DNA of 63,922 nucleotides, filler included, from Sphaeroforma arctica JP610 (taxonomy: Eukaryota), in NCBI RefSeq assembly GCF_001186125.1. It is 10 parts of 3 records of this genome, joined end to end, with 100 filler letters (N's around TTAATTAATTAA, not from the genome) between each part and the next. Parts side by side here need not be neighbours in the genome. Positions count along the whole stretch, not along the records: positions 1 to 4,754 come from NW_014040541.1; positions 4,855 to 14,254 come from NW_014040541.1; 8 more parts are not named here. One strand, given 5' to 3'. A program made the position numbers and the translations under genes. A model generated the notes under the pieces. It did not search any database and had not been told where the DNA came from. It saw only the letters and a list, made by a program, of their open reading frames with translations. Shown piece by piece: positions 1 through 14,000 of this stretch. Position 1 is the stretch's first letter, and the number at the start of each line of letters is the position of its first letter.

Positions 1-54
1 TATATATCGTATGCAGTAGTGCGGCGGAACGTAGTTGACTACATTGTGACTCAC

Positions 55-2970
55 CACCCTCGTTGCGTCTCCATTGAATTTGGCGCTGTACACTTTCGAG
101 ATGTGGCCCGTCAGGGTGTGCTGAAATAGTTAAATACAAGGTGCCATAATTTCAGTTAAGTACACATTACAAGAAGCGTATAATGATGATAAGTACGTAC
201 AAGTCGGTCGAATATACATTTAAACTCTCAACAAACAGACCAAATAGCACCGCATGCGTTTTTAACAGAAGCGATGATAAAGTTAGTGCCGTGGTGGTAG
301 TTGAGGGCTACACTAGACTGTGCTCCACACGTGTGCGCAAGCATGCATATATGCAATATACCGTCTATTTATACCATATAAACAAACTTAAACTGTACAT
401 GATATAAGTCAGATTGGGTTGTGAACGCAGTTCACAGCAGAAACTAACCCTACCACTCATGACGAAAATCAGTATACACGCTACACAACCATCAGACTCC
501 GGTCTTGCGCAATTGCTGTCAGTGGTGGGTCCACATATATACACACGACTCGAATAAGGAACGATCTCGAACACGTGTGCAGTGGAGAGGCGAGTGGTGG
601 TAAACAGACTGCGCGTATGAGAGCTGATTGATCTACGCGCACATGAAGCCTAGAGAGAGGAACAGGTACAACGAGTACAAAGATGCCACGCGTACAACAC
701 CACTTTCGCCCGCGACATTAACTCGAAAGCGAGCGTTGCCAATTCTCCAGTGCTATTTGACAGGTGAAAGAAAGTCCAATTGCTTCGATGTGGCACAAGA
801 CCACCCCCAAAGACTCATCGAACATCAGCATGTGGGCAAAAAGTAATGTAATAAAGGCGAATAGAATGGACAGAAGCACGACCTGCCTATACCTGGACCT
901 CCAGTGTGTACTATCGTCGCAAGTGTAAGCCGAACCACGCAGCAAGTACTGCACAAGACATCGTCGTATGGCGAAGACAAATACACGCATCAGATACGAC
1001 ACAGGGTGTTGACTAGGCACATCCTTTGCACCAGCGTACACAATCAACTGTAAGCGCATACAGCCGGCGCACAGGCCATAGCAGCACCAACACATTTGCA
1101 CAGAGCCCCTGTCCTTCTCACCCGCACCCTTCGCATCGAAGTGGGGCAACGCACCCCACAACTCACACACGTGTGCACGACAGCACCACACTCACCTTTA
1201 ACCGCTGAGTGCGTATATCGTATATCCTGGTGGCATTGTCGTTCGATGCAGCTAAGACCATGTCGTCCTTGTAACTGAATGAGACCGCCATGACACTCTG
1301 CGTAGCCCCGGGCAGTTCCATCTTCTTCTGGCCGGAGTAGGTGTCCCATAGAGTGAGCCTACTGATAAATAGTGCAGGAAACAAACGACAAGGGTAAGTA
1401 CATTCACAAGCGCATGCACTGAGGGGCTGGGCTCTCTTGTGATCTAGGCAAAAGAATGCAACGGTTAGAACTGCACTAAGTGATGGTGAATGAGACACAC
1501 AGACGAGACTGGCTTTAATACTACAGCCTGTCCGAACACTGCATAGTCCGGTCCGGCTGGTACACCCCCCCCCCACCATGCACACGCAGGACATAGCACA
1601 CAACATAGACAACCCCCAGATCCTCACCTGTAGTCTCCAGTGGCAAACATAGTACCGGATGTGCTGAATGCAATAGAGTTGACCTCTCCCGTACACGTGA
1701 CAGTCCTCATAGCCGATGTGGGAGGCCCTAGTTCATCCACATACGCCCAGGACTCGTCGGACGGATAGCCCGGTTGCTGAGACCCGCGGCCCGCCTTCTT
1801 CTCCTCTGACATCTGACTCAGACGCCGCACCCGCTCCTCCTTCCGATAGCTGTGTGTGTGTGAGTGTGAGAGGGGGATGAGGGGGGGGGGTTATGTAGGT
1901 TAGCATGGTACCCCGCCAGAGATGGCATGCATTATATACGTTCAGTTTAGCAACATACTTCGGTACATAGGCGTGCCAAGACAGACGAGACAAGCTTCAA
2001 CTACGTGCGAGTGCGTACATATCCACACGTGTACAGTCCCTACTCTGCACGAGCGCATACACCCAGTCCCCTGCCCACACCTCTCGACCGCGCTGTTGGC
2101 CTCGTTCATCAGGGCTATCTCGCTACTCTTCTTCTTGAGCCACCGTTCAATCAACGCGTCGTTCTCCTTCTGTAGCCGATCCGACCTCTCCGTCGACGTG
2201 ACCAGTTCCAGCTGCAGCGCTTGTAGTTCGTCCTGCAGCACCTGCAAGGCCGTGTTCTTGTCTACTAGGCTGTTGGTTTGGTCCTCAATAGTCCGCTTCA
2301 TGATCAGGATTTCCTGGGTGTATGCCTTGATACTGTGGGCAGGTAGTGTATGGATTTGTGGGTGGGTAACGAGGATCAACAGGTGCGTCAGAGTTAAGAT
2401 GTGGCAAGTTGTGGTGTGAGTGGCGTACGTCTCAGCGCATCTTCGCAATGACAGATACTGAACGGCTTGGCACAGTAGCGGGTGACGCGAGTACAATGTT
2501 CGGCACCAGAAACTTACGAGTTCTCAGTATACCGAGGTCACGCATACACAGGTATAGACAGGCGGTTTAGGGTTTAGGGTTTCACGAACGACTTTAGAGC
2601 CAGCAGAGATGTTGTATTTGCAGTTCGTGTATAAAACTATATACGCTTGGCAAATCTCTACACAAGCCTCCCGCAAAGGAAAACAGCCACTTCTTAGCAA
2701 AGAAAATTAAACACTTGTGAGTATAGCGAACTAAAACCTTTCGTACGCAATGATAGTGTGAAGCAGGCTATAGAAATAGGAGAGTACAAGGCACATCCAG
2801 ATGGGTCTATTGATCCCAGTATCCCTTTGCTACAGGAGTTCGTTGAGATCCGGCACTCTCCGTGTATGCAATTCCGCCCCAATCTCTATTGACATTGCAT
2901 ACCACAAACCCGGTTTTTTCCTGCCGTGACAGTTTATTCCACACACATCCACACATCCACACATCCACAC

Positions 2971-3009
<39 letters not shown>

Positions 3010-4535
3010 GTACTCTTCGTTGCGCGTCTTGATGTCCTCATCTCGGCGCTGCAGCAGTTCGTTGAGGTCCAGCAGCTTCTGCGCATGGCTGCCCTTGCTC
3101 TTGTAGCTCTCCGTCAACTCGTGCCGCGTGGCCTCCAGTCGTGCCTTGAGCTCCTTCAGCTGCTGTTTGATCTCCTGCGACCCCAAGGCCATGCTGGGAG
3201 GAGAGGGGGATGCACGCATGAGCATAGGGGACTACGGCACTGAACACACCCAGACACCCCGCATTCACGCTGAGACGGGCAAGGTTCAGTTGTCGCTGAG
3301 GTTTAGATTGTCTCAGATTGGACCCGGGTAAAGCCCTCGTGTTTGTCAGCGTCCGCATGAGTGAACGGATGAGCCGACTGACATGTGCAACACGCGAGTG
3401 AGTAGCAAACGCTGGTAACATACGAGTGAGTACAAATGCCAGGTGCTTCTTTGACAGATACAAACACTCGCACCCGTAACAATCTCACTATGGCTCCGAG
3501 CTGCTTGCATACGCATGGCTACAACCACACTCTAACGTAAACATGTGTCTGAGCAGCGAGGTTTTGACTCAGTTCACCCCGTGTTTGACAGGCAGCCTTA
3601 CCAACTGTTATCAACCGAAAGCATGAATGCAGAATGCTACACCCGCATCTACACACAACCTAGCCGACCCGCAACTAACTACAGGTACAGCTGTGCGTGT
3701 ACATACCCCTCCTCCTTCATATGTGCCATTTCTCGCTGCAGGCGCCTGTTTTCCTCACGTTCTTTCTGCAGGCTGGCAGCGTCTGCCTCGGCCTTGGTTG
3801 CCAGTAACTCATGCTGAGTCTGTAACCTCGTATCTGGCGGTATAAAAAGGTGTGGTACGGAGATCAGGGCGCTATGGTGCTATACCAACCACTTGATGAT
3901 GTACACCCGTTTTAGGCTTTACCCCTTGAACCCTGAAACTAAATCGACAGGACCTTATGCTGCCCCTATTAAAACAGTGTTTGCCGTGCCAGCGGTCGTG
4001 AACCAACTAGATCGATTCAAAAGTGTAGTATCTGAAGCCCACGCCCGAATCTGTAAAGTGCGAATCCTGTTGCCCGGTGGGATTGCATAGGCGCCCCCGT
4101 GCGTGTGTGCTGTGGATCCGGGATATGAAACGCCTTTATCTGATATATCAGGGGACCTAACATACAACTGTACCTTAAACATTCAGACATAGTCAGGACA
4201 ACATTTACTAAATCTGATTCTATTTTCAATAAATAGGATACCCATTCTTTTTACCCCCTTATGTGTCGCATACATAGCAAGGGAAAGCGAGCGAATACCT
4301 TCACATCTAACGCACTAGGCTTCGACTATATGCATCATTTTTCAAGTCACGGCCTTGAACCATGGAGAAGTGGCTGTTTCATGTACGAATGCGCAGGAAT
4401 ACATTAAAGTGTGACCATTAATAGGTGCAACAGCAAATCACAATCAATAAATCAAACTCACAGTTTTCCAGTAGGTTGTCCCATCTCTTAAATTTGTCAA
4501 CCCTGCGCCGGAACTGATTGTAGATGTCAGACTTC
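55..4535 (-). CDS. ATG16: Autophagy protein ATG16-like (ATG5-binding helix + coiled coil + WD40 repeats); first exon not located, 3' part runs off the window start
   Basis: Phase-consistent GT-AG exons 4462-4535, 3707-3833, 3014-3193, 2081-2332, 1628-1849, 1196-1361 and 55-120. They give KSDIYNQFRRRVDKFKRWDNLLENY (ATG5-binding-like), LQVLQDELQALQLE...LQKENDALIERWLKKKSSEIALMNEAN (ATG16 coiled-coil signature), then WD40 repeats GEVNSIAFSTSGTMFATG, VLAASNDNATRIYD and HTLTGHISKVYSAKF. Confidence 0.92.
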
Positions 4536-4687
4536 CTGAAACCAACATACGACAAGAAAAAGTGTATCAGTACGCTTGATATGGACAATATATCGAAAAA
4601 GAGAACATGTTTTTGTAACGATACGATCGACATTACAATTAAATACTTAGGGCTTTTGCAAAGTTTTTTAACTTCGTGTAACATAAA

Positions 4688-4736
<49 letters not shown>

Positions 4737-4754
4737 AGTACTATATACTTATTA

Positions 4755-4854
4755 NNNNNNNNNNNNNNNNNNNNNNNNNNNNNNNNNNNNNNNNNNNNTT
4801 AATTAATTAANNNNNNNNNNNNNNNNNNNNNNNNNNNNNNNNNNNNNNNNNNNN
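4755..4854. other. Artificial scaffold spacer (N-TTAATTAATTAA-N)
   Basis: Fixed 100-nt block with a six-frame stop linker, identical at nine positions in the window. Confidence 0.97.
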
Positions 4855-5952
4855 TATAATATAAATATATCATAAAATATGCATAAATATAGTCTGCGTT
4901 GTAATAATACATCCAGATATTTACACGCTCAATATGACTTCATCACTTTTTTTAGCTCGATACATATTTGATTTGATTTGAAGTTTTTTCAAAAAATGAG
5001 CTGATACACCCTCATTTTTTGTCCTGGGTCTGTTTCAGGCCAAACTTTGAACAAAATAAAAGGTAGACAAAAATAAGGCAAGTTGAGTTCGGGGCATTGC
5101 TCTCGCTAAAGAGAGAAAGGTACATACACTGGTACATTCGTACATACGCGCATATCAAATACTTCTTTTATTATTAAAGCATAAAAGCATCGACTTTGAT
5201 CTATTTCGTGGTCTAATTGATGGCGTATCCTTTGGCTCAGTTGTTGGCGGTAAGAACATTTATAACTTAGTAGGCAATACCCCTGATTACTATATCCCGC
5301 ACACGAAACAACACCACAGAATACATGCATTGAACGCTCGAACCAAACATGCGAGTATCACTGCTATTATTATATACATCATACTGTATTTCATTTATAG
5401 TTTATTATAAAAACACATACTAATCCACTTCTCTCTTGAGAGTATAGCAAGCCACAAAAAAATTCACACAGCAGTATTCTGGTACAACTGCAAATGTTTC
5501 GAGTCCCAGTATACAAAATGGACCAAAAAGGAGGTTTGACTGTAAATAGAAACATGAGAGCAGATTGCAGCGAAGGCCTTCTACTAGTGAATATGTAAAT
5601 AGCAGTATAAAAGAAGGCTTTTGCAACAGTTTTTGCTAGCATATGGACTAGGCATGCGCAAGCGTCAGTCATAAGAAAGGCAGGCTTATAAAGCAGTTGT
5701 ATTGCAGGAATTTTAAATGGTAGTCCTAATGCAGGCAGCCTTACGTAATCTTAAAATGTATTTGTTTTAAACAAACAAAAAACTAAAATGCATTTTGTTA
5801 TGGAAACAGTGGACTGGTGCTGTCAAAAGTCAAAGACTGGTGTTGTCAACAGTCAAACTGTCAAAATGTCAGTGTCTGTCTCAGTGGTGTGAAAAGTGTC
5901 TATGGAAAATTCACGAACTATGTACATACTGTACTGCCGTACCCCAGCTAAA

Positions 5953-5964
5953 TATTATATAAAG
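5953..5964 (+). promoter_or_regulatory. Candidate TATA box of the PDI gene, in the divergent ATG16/PDI intergenic region
   Basis: TATATAAA about 80 nt upstream of the ATG at 6039. Confidence 0.4.
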
Positions 5965-6038
5965 GACTCGATATGCGGTGAGTAGACCAGTACACCACTA
6001 CAGAGTGTGAGTTAACTTTAGCTGCTACAATAAACACA

Positions 6039-9000
6039 ATGCTATCATTAAAGCTTGCCCTGTGTCTTATCCTGTCCCTAATTTTATCTTCACACGCCGA
6101 AGTCTTTGGTCTTGATGGAGTCACCGACTTTTCTCCCGAAGAGTTTGATGCGGTAAGGTTAATTCACGCTCACGGCTTCCTACTATTGTGTGCTGGCAAA
6201 ACTTTGTCGAACGTGGCTGTCTGAAATAGGCTTGTGTGGATATTCAGAATAAGAACTAGTCGATCCGATCATAATTCAATACGATGAAACTCCTTGCTAA
6301 AACTAAATCTGCAGCCCTCTTGATTAAATAGCGGACTGTGCTGAACACTAATGTGAAGTTCTTTACTCTATCAACAGACAATCGACGGCACTCACACAAA
6401 GAATTGGGTGGTAGCGTTCGTGGCTCCATGGTGTGGTACGTATCTATCTATATTGCTATATTCATCTGTCTCTACTTGTATGTCGAACTTGATCTCGATC
6501 TCGTTCTCGACGGGCACCTAAAGACCATGTTGAGTCGCGTAGAGCCGTACTTTGTTACTCCGCAATCCATCCGGAAAATGCTGAAGCTTTACACCATGTC
6601 TCAATTCGCCGGATTACATAGTCCTCTCAATCTGACAGTCTAGCCTTCTACGTTTGACATAATACTAAAATGTTTTTTACTAAATCGATGCACTGAAGGT
6701 CACTGTAAGACGCTCAAGCCTGTTTGGTCTGAGGTTGGAGTTGCTATCGCAGCAACTGGCCAGGATGACAAGGTTGGGCTAGCGCTGGTTGATGCCGACG
6801 AGCACAGGGATTTTGGCATCAAGTACGATGTCACCGGATTCCCCACTATCAAGATGTTCAAGGCTGGGTCTACAGGTAAGCAGTATCTCTAATGTATACT
6901 TCTAGGGGGCTGCGCGTGTACCTTTCCGTGAATATGTATATACTATAAATATACATATTGCCAACTCTACTTAGATAATGTATGAGGTCTTATGTGTTAT
7001 TTTGAAGGTTCAGTTGTTTGTACTTATCTTGCTGTGCAATTGAATTATAGGACAGGTGTCACCTGTTCAAAAAGCGTTTAATGTTCTATGTTGGGTGGAA
7101 CCTGTACTGTTTCGAAGCTGTACCGGTATTAATTGGGCGATTGCACATATTCGTAGCATGCTTGGTCGGAAAGCACTCGTGATGTTGGGTTACTTTCTGA
7201 CTTGAGCGACCTCTTATTTTCCTTTGCCTGCACAACAGAGGCTGAGCCATACAACGGTCCACGTGATGTAGACGGTGTGGTGAAGTTCTTGAACGACGAA
7301 TTTGGCACCAACATATTCATCAAGAAAGCGCCCAAGTCTGTGGTTGAGCTTGACGAGGATAGCTTTGACGGAGTAGCTCTGGACTCAACCAAGAACGTCC
7401 TGGTTGAATTCTGTAAGTAGCCTAGGCGCAGCAATGATATATCGTTTGTAGATGCGTATGCAAATTGTGTTTGCCCACATAAAGAGGCTGAACGTAACAA
7501 GTTAGCAAACGCATTTGTGGGTCCATCATATATGTATACTTTCAGTCCAAACATATGCATTTATCAATGGAGGGATACAGGAAGATATTATCAATCTGAT
7601 ATATGTAGTGGTTTGTATGTGTGTGGTTTGTATGCATATAAACCCTTCTTTCGAATTTTATATATGTTATTGAATCCTCGTAGGCATCGCAGCACGATTC
7701 TGGACAGACAACTACACGTGTACGCACACACCGGAATTTTATTTGTGTGTATGATGTATTCCTGTATTTGTCTATGGTGTCCGTGAGTACTCAGAATTTT
7801 ACTATAGTTCTGTCTTGGTGTGTTGATATACGATTATGGGAATTTGGGGACGGCTCTGTCCACGTAGCGATCAACTATACGAACAAATGTGTATCTGCCT
7901 GACTATCCGGACTACGTCTCTATACGTACATCATACGCACGTTTGTGCGAATTAAAATGTACAGACACACTCGTCTGTGAAGAGCGTGTCCAATTCTTCA
8001 TTTGACTATATCAAAAATATCTGGACACATACAGAGTTGAATGTGAGTTTATATGCTCGCATGCATGCATTTCTGAATCTGTAACTGGTGAGTATAGCAG
8101 AACAACCCTCTTGTCCTCACCTCATTCGCATACCACCCCTGCGAACACCAGTGATACATATCCACTAACAACAGGTCAGCTCATCAGTACAAATCAACAA
8201 TCGACCAGGAATATGATTAACTTTTTAATGGTGTATATATATACCCAATCAGATGCCCCATGGTGTGGTCACTGTAAGAATCTAGCCCCGGTCTATGAGA
8301 AAGTGGCCAAGGCGTACCGGAATGAGGGCAACTGTGTGATTGCGGCGATCGATGCGTCCACCCACAAGTCCATTGGAAGCCGCTACGAAGTCACGGTAAG
8401 ACGTCTATCTCTATAGAGAGAAATCTGGAAGTATATACGGCCAGTCTGTTTGGTTTAGGAATGTATGGTCTTAATATCATGTTCAATGCGTCCCCCGCAA
8501 TACACTGGGTGGACGCAACAAACGTGTGCCAATGTGTGTAGAAGACCGATGGAAAGGGCACACTTCAGAAGTGTTGCTTGTAGAAGAGAAGCCTAGATGT
8601 ACATACCATCGCCTGTCTGTGCGGGTCTGCAAGAAGTGTGTTCTTCTGTACGCATGCCACGCATATCCCGATACTTTCTGAGATATCTTTTTGTCCACTT
8701 ACGCACATGTGACTGTAACTCAGCTCGCTTCTCACTACCTACACCAACTCTCTGCCCAATGACAGCCCACTGTGGTACACAATACAATGCTAGTCCCACT
8801 CCCTTAGTGCTTACCCTGTAGTGTACATTCACACTCCACACCACCGCAGGGCTTCCCCGCGCTCAAGTTTTTCGGCGCAGGCACAACTGAGCCTGAGGAC
8901 TACTCAACCGGCCGTGACGCAGACTCGTTTGTGAAGTTTATGAATGAGAAGTGTGGGGTAGACCGCACCATTGACGGCAAATTGGGTGCCACCGCTGGAA

Positions 9001-9705
9001 TCATTGAAGAGTTCAACTCCTTTGTTGGGGTGAGTGAGGGATTGGGGCGTATGTTGTTGTAGATGCGTACACACGTGTCTGGTGCACCTTTTCGCAGCAA
9101 CCGGGGAAGTGTCGGGTGATGTGTTGTGGATTTGATAGCAAATGTACACGTAGTCCTGGATGACTGATTGCCGAGTTTACAAATAATAAGATTGGCGTTT
9201 GATGAATCGATCAACGCGATTATTCTACAAATCAGTGACACAACCATACTCTTGAAAAGCGATTGATCGTTTTTTCTATTGGTAGCACATACGCCTCGGA
9301 AAAATATTGAGTCTAGGAAACCAATCGACTCTACCTCAAATGATATCACTCGTGTGTTCTATAGTCTTGATCGTCCCTGCGTTCTCATTTGCAACCCACG
9401 AACGCGCACACACACAGTCATACAACGCGGGAGACAGCATCTCTGAGCTTGTGGAGAAGGTCGCGCAGTCTGCTAAGGACCACGCAGAACCCGCCGCTCA
9501 GCTGTACGCCAAGATCTTTAACAAGATCAAGGAGAAGGGGTCGGCCTACATTGAGAAGGAGAAGGCTCGTCTCACCAAGATGATTGCGGACGGCAAGGCC
9601 AAGGCCGATAAGCTGGATATGTTCACGCAGAAGTACAATATCTTGAGCGCCCTTACCGGTACCAGCGAGCCGGTGGTGCCTGCGGCTGGCAAGGAGGAGC
9701 TTTAA
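6039..9705 (+). CDS. Protein disulfide isomerase, ERp38/TigA/PDI-D type (signal peptide, two thioredoxin domains, ERp29-like C-terminal helical domain, KEEL ER-retention signal), ~377 aa
   Basis: Exons 6039-6152, 6378-6435, 6699-6875, 7239-7412, 8253-8395, 8850-9029 and 9418-9705 join in frame (1134 nt). Two APWCGHCK sites, GFPTIK/GFPALK motifs, YIEKEKARLTKMI, and a C-terminal KEEL. Confidence 0.96.
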
Positions 9706-11074
9706 ATGTGGTGGGAAAGTGCGAGGACCTAGTAGAAGGCAGGCAGTGTGTGCTACGCCAATGTCTGTACTTGATTATTGGCTATATGTACACATCACTC
9801 GAGTTTATTAGTTAAGCCGCGATATGGGAAGCGTTCGCAGGTCATCCTACAGCCCTCCATACTAAGATAGTATGCGATGTCCACATAATCACTTCTTATC
9901 GGAAACGTCGATGGAGAAGTGTGTGTGTATCTGAGCAGGTGCCATTCTTGACTTGCAGATGTGCATACTGTGAGTTGTGGTTTGTAATTCAATCTGTGTT
10001 ATTCGCAGTGGTAGAAACTACTTAAGCGAGGGGGCGAAAATAAACGGAGTAAGAGCTAACCATATATATAGAGGAGCATGAAATATATTTCAAACGCAGC
10101 CTAATACCCAAAGGTTTAAGCATATACGACGTAATTGAAGCGTGTCGGGTCATGTGAACATGCATGGCAGTCATAGGCACGCTTGGTGCCTGAATAGGAT
10201 ATAGAGTGCAGCCAAAGTACACAATTTTCATCTTCAAACAGCACCGTGGTAGCCTAATCTTCACACACGCCATCTACATACCATCTACGAAAGCGCTAGC
10301 CGTTCCAAAGGGCTCAACGCTTCGCGTTACATTCTAAAGCTATTGCGATTTCCTCCGTCACAAGGGTACGCTAACGTATGAAGTGGTGTGGTTGTTGATA
10401 TCATTCATACTATCGCTGCGAACGAAGTCCTCATCTCGCTGCGAATCACACATCCCCTACTCTGACTGACGAGGCAGGGCAGGGCACAAGGCCCGTTGTG
10501 AGGTGTGGCGACTATATAGGCGTGATTTGTGCAGTTATGCGGCCGATATGCGGCAGAACGCACCAGAATGCAAGCCGATGTACCTCTACACGCATCATCC
10601 ACATCAGTCTTGATTCTCTAGAATTTTTACGAATCTATAGAATGTATCGCAATTAGGACATTTGGGGGACGACCCTTGCACCATTTGTCGCTGGTATGCC
10701 TCCGCGCCTGTGAGCGTTGACACGTGGGTACACACCTTCAACCAGGCTGCATGTGAGGCCATCGCGTCAAGCAATGTAATAGAAGGGCACAAGCCGAGAG
10801 ATACCGAGTCTTGCTTAAAGTGTATCGATCCAGCTTGTATTCAGCCCATTGCATCAGTTTCTATCTTTATTTATCACTACTTTATCTATGTGTCTGTCTA
10901 TCTAAATGCTTTAAATCTTAGTTCTGTCGATTCCCCAGCCTCGCACACCTCTACAAACCATCAACGCCTTATTGCTTTGAAACCTTGGCGTGCATTCATT
11001 CAATCGCCTTCTTTCACTCATATATTACAAAAAACTCCACTTCATATCAGTCCTTATACCGCTCTTATCGCTTG

Positions 11075-14000
11075 TGCTACAAATCACTGGTTTGCAATTG
11101 CGCCACCATGGTGGCAAAGTACGCCTGCATCTCCTTCATCTTCTCGACTGTTTCCGCAATCTGTGCCTTGTTCATCTGTGACTTAACCTCTTCCATCTCA
11201 CTCGCCAGTTCGGGAAGCACCAACTCCTATTGATGGAGTGAACGAGATTATATTTCCGTTAATCGAAAAACAAGAAGAAAAACGGGTATACAGATATGTC
11301 ATGATATGTCATGATATAATCTTGTTGGGGCAACGGAAGGACATAAATCTCATGCGTTATGTAATAGCTGATGTAGACCGAATTCCGTCCAGGCTGAGCA
11401 AGATGACTAACCGTCAAATATCATAACATATTATACTCCTGTGTTTTAAGTTCATTAGCGAAACATGGGATACACACCTGTTCGACCCCCTGTTACTATC
11501 ACAGACACCGTACATCATTGACAGCCATCGAGACGCAGACAGCACAAATACAATTTAGCGGTCCCCTCCCACATTCTAACTGCTTAAATGGATATAAAAG
11601 ACCCATATCAAGCTTGAAGATATATCTGATCTCTATTTGACAGTACAGACTTGCCTTCACAACTGTCAACTTCGCATCATTCACAGTTATGCCAGCTCAT
11701 TTAAGCGCTCAGTTACACCACAATAACTCGTCTGCAATATCCACACTCATATGTATATGGCCTCTGTACATACGTTACCGTCTTCGAGCTCCATGCTAAC
11801 GTGTATAGTCTCTCGCTTCTTATTGCGCACTCGTTTCCTGCCTGTGCCTGACGGGTCTACTTCGTCATGGCTAGAAGTCTGCAGTGGCGAGACACGAATA
11901 GTTCACATGAGTATGAGATCTACAAAATGCACTTCCTGAACAGGATATACAGCCCCATACAATAATAGACGTGACATAGGTTTCTGCGTCTGGGTGTCTA
12001 CCAGTAAGCACAAGTTTGAGGCCATATACCATCACACGGATACAAATTTGTTGTCTTGCGATATATTTACCCACCATCCGCATCTATAGCAAACAAGTCA
12101 ATGGATATATACAAAGAAGGCTTAACATAGTATACAAAAAGCACGCTATTCATCTGTCACAATACACTGATACTGACCAGACAGTTAAGCACATACAGAA
12201 ACCTATAAACCACCTAAGGTGCGCGCAGAGAAGGTTGAATAGTGAGGGCCATGTCTCAGTATGGCAGCCCAAAAGAATACTGATACATCAATCATACCAC
12301 ATGATCCTTATACAGCGTATGCGCAGTGTAGAGACAACATACGTGAATAGCTATTGACGGCCTTCTCCGCGTGGTACTGTCAGTGGCGTATTTGGCTGAC
12401 GACGGTACTATCCCACTTACTCGGTGACTGCCTATCCGTCTCGTGTTGGATCTGGGTGCTATATACATACGCGATAGCGGCGTTCATAAATGATATGTGT
12501 CAGTGGGATTTCGATATATACCAGTCATGATCTATAGAGCGAGCTTGTAATTACTGATGATGCGGAAGAATACGTAGACTATCATCACGAGTGATCTCAG
12601 AAGGAGAAATGCCACAAGCTTCCCCATGGCTTATTAACTATGCATCATGTATATGGCTGGTTCCGTATGACAGTGTTATATGGCTGGGTCTATATATATG
12701 CGGCTTATGTATTATGTGGTTACCCAATATCAACAGAAATGACCAGAAGTGGCCAATTTAGACGTACCATTTTGTGGCTGTAATCCACTTATACGTTTCG
12801 AGACTCTACCAGATGTCCGCCTCCTGATTTCGGGTTCATCCTAAACAAAACAATAGAACAGTAAAAGACTGTGTCATTAGAATGTTACTTTCTTAACGAG
12901 AAGAACGACAAGCACATACATGAAACCTTATTCTGAGACATGAGCCGAGCCCAGTGGTGTTTATTACAAGTTCGTTTGCATCGTTTGGGTACGCCAACGA
13001 ACAAGCAAGTTGGCGAAGTAAGAGTCTGAGACCAGTACACATGGCGTCGAATAGCTATGTTGGGACAGGATCCGTTATAGCGGGTACAGAATATATGAGA
13101 CAGGCTAGTTACGCAGTTCAACATACAACACGCCGGACTCACGAACCTTTACTGTTCTGTCCGCTCCTTTCCTCTGGTCAATCAACTTCATGCGTGGCTG
13201 TATAGCGCTGTATTTGAAAGGTGTAAAGTTTAGGGACAGCCCAATCACGAATGAAATGGGCTATTGTATCGTAGTGGAGCGTTCAGAAGTACGCGAGGGA
13301 TTCTGCGAGGAAATTCGAAGGTTGGATACTGATCGCATATATGCTTGGAAAGATTCACGTAGGTTGTTGACCTATACACATGTACGAAGCGGGCCAAGAA
13401 TAGACCCCGCTACACTCAAAGAGTGTCTGAGGCAGGTACATCACAGGAAACGGTGCAAATATATAATGTAATGCATAGTATATCTCGTACAGGTTCAACA
13501 GGTTGTAAGGTAAACAGCCACAATCGGTTCTAGCGCATGTGATTACGTTGTAGTTTAAATTCAAACGTGATTGCAACCTCGCACTCGGCTTGCAAACAGA
13601 GAATATCACATGAGTAAATTGCGGGAGCACGAAAGGCAGCCCGGTCTTATATTTGACACAACACAGCACCTATAAGCAAGCCAATGAAGAATGTATATCT
13701 ACAGTCTTGTCTGAATTTTACACCGATCATATCTATAAGTTGGGACCAAAATCGTGAACAAATCCAGCACATCACAACACACCCGGAACACAGGTAATAA
13801 AGTTTACCATTGTCTTCATACCTCAGACATGTTCGTAGAGCGCTGCTGTCAGGAACGTCTTCAAGCGTAGTCAGTAACTGGCTGATTGTTATCTCCTTGT
13901 TACTGTGTGACAGTCTTGCTAAGAGCTCGCCTAGATAGGTCCGCATGCGGTCTTCGAGTTCGTAGGCTTTTCTTTGCATACACTGCACGCGGCGCTGCAC

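Noticed and set aside
4799..4810. TTAATTAATTAA palindrome recurring nine times (possible piggyBac TTAA sites or recombination sites)
   Set aside because: It is always centred in identical N-runs, so it is an artificial assembly linker with stops in six frames.
10662..11186. 174-aa plus-strand ORF with CxxC pairs (possible zinc finger)
   Set aside because: It has a non-ATG start and no coherent domain spacing, and its 3' part is antisense to the terminal exon of the minus-strand gene.
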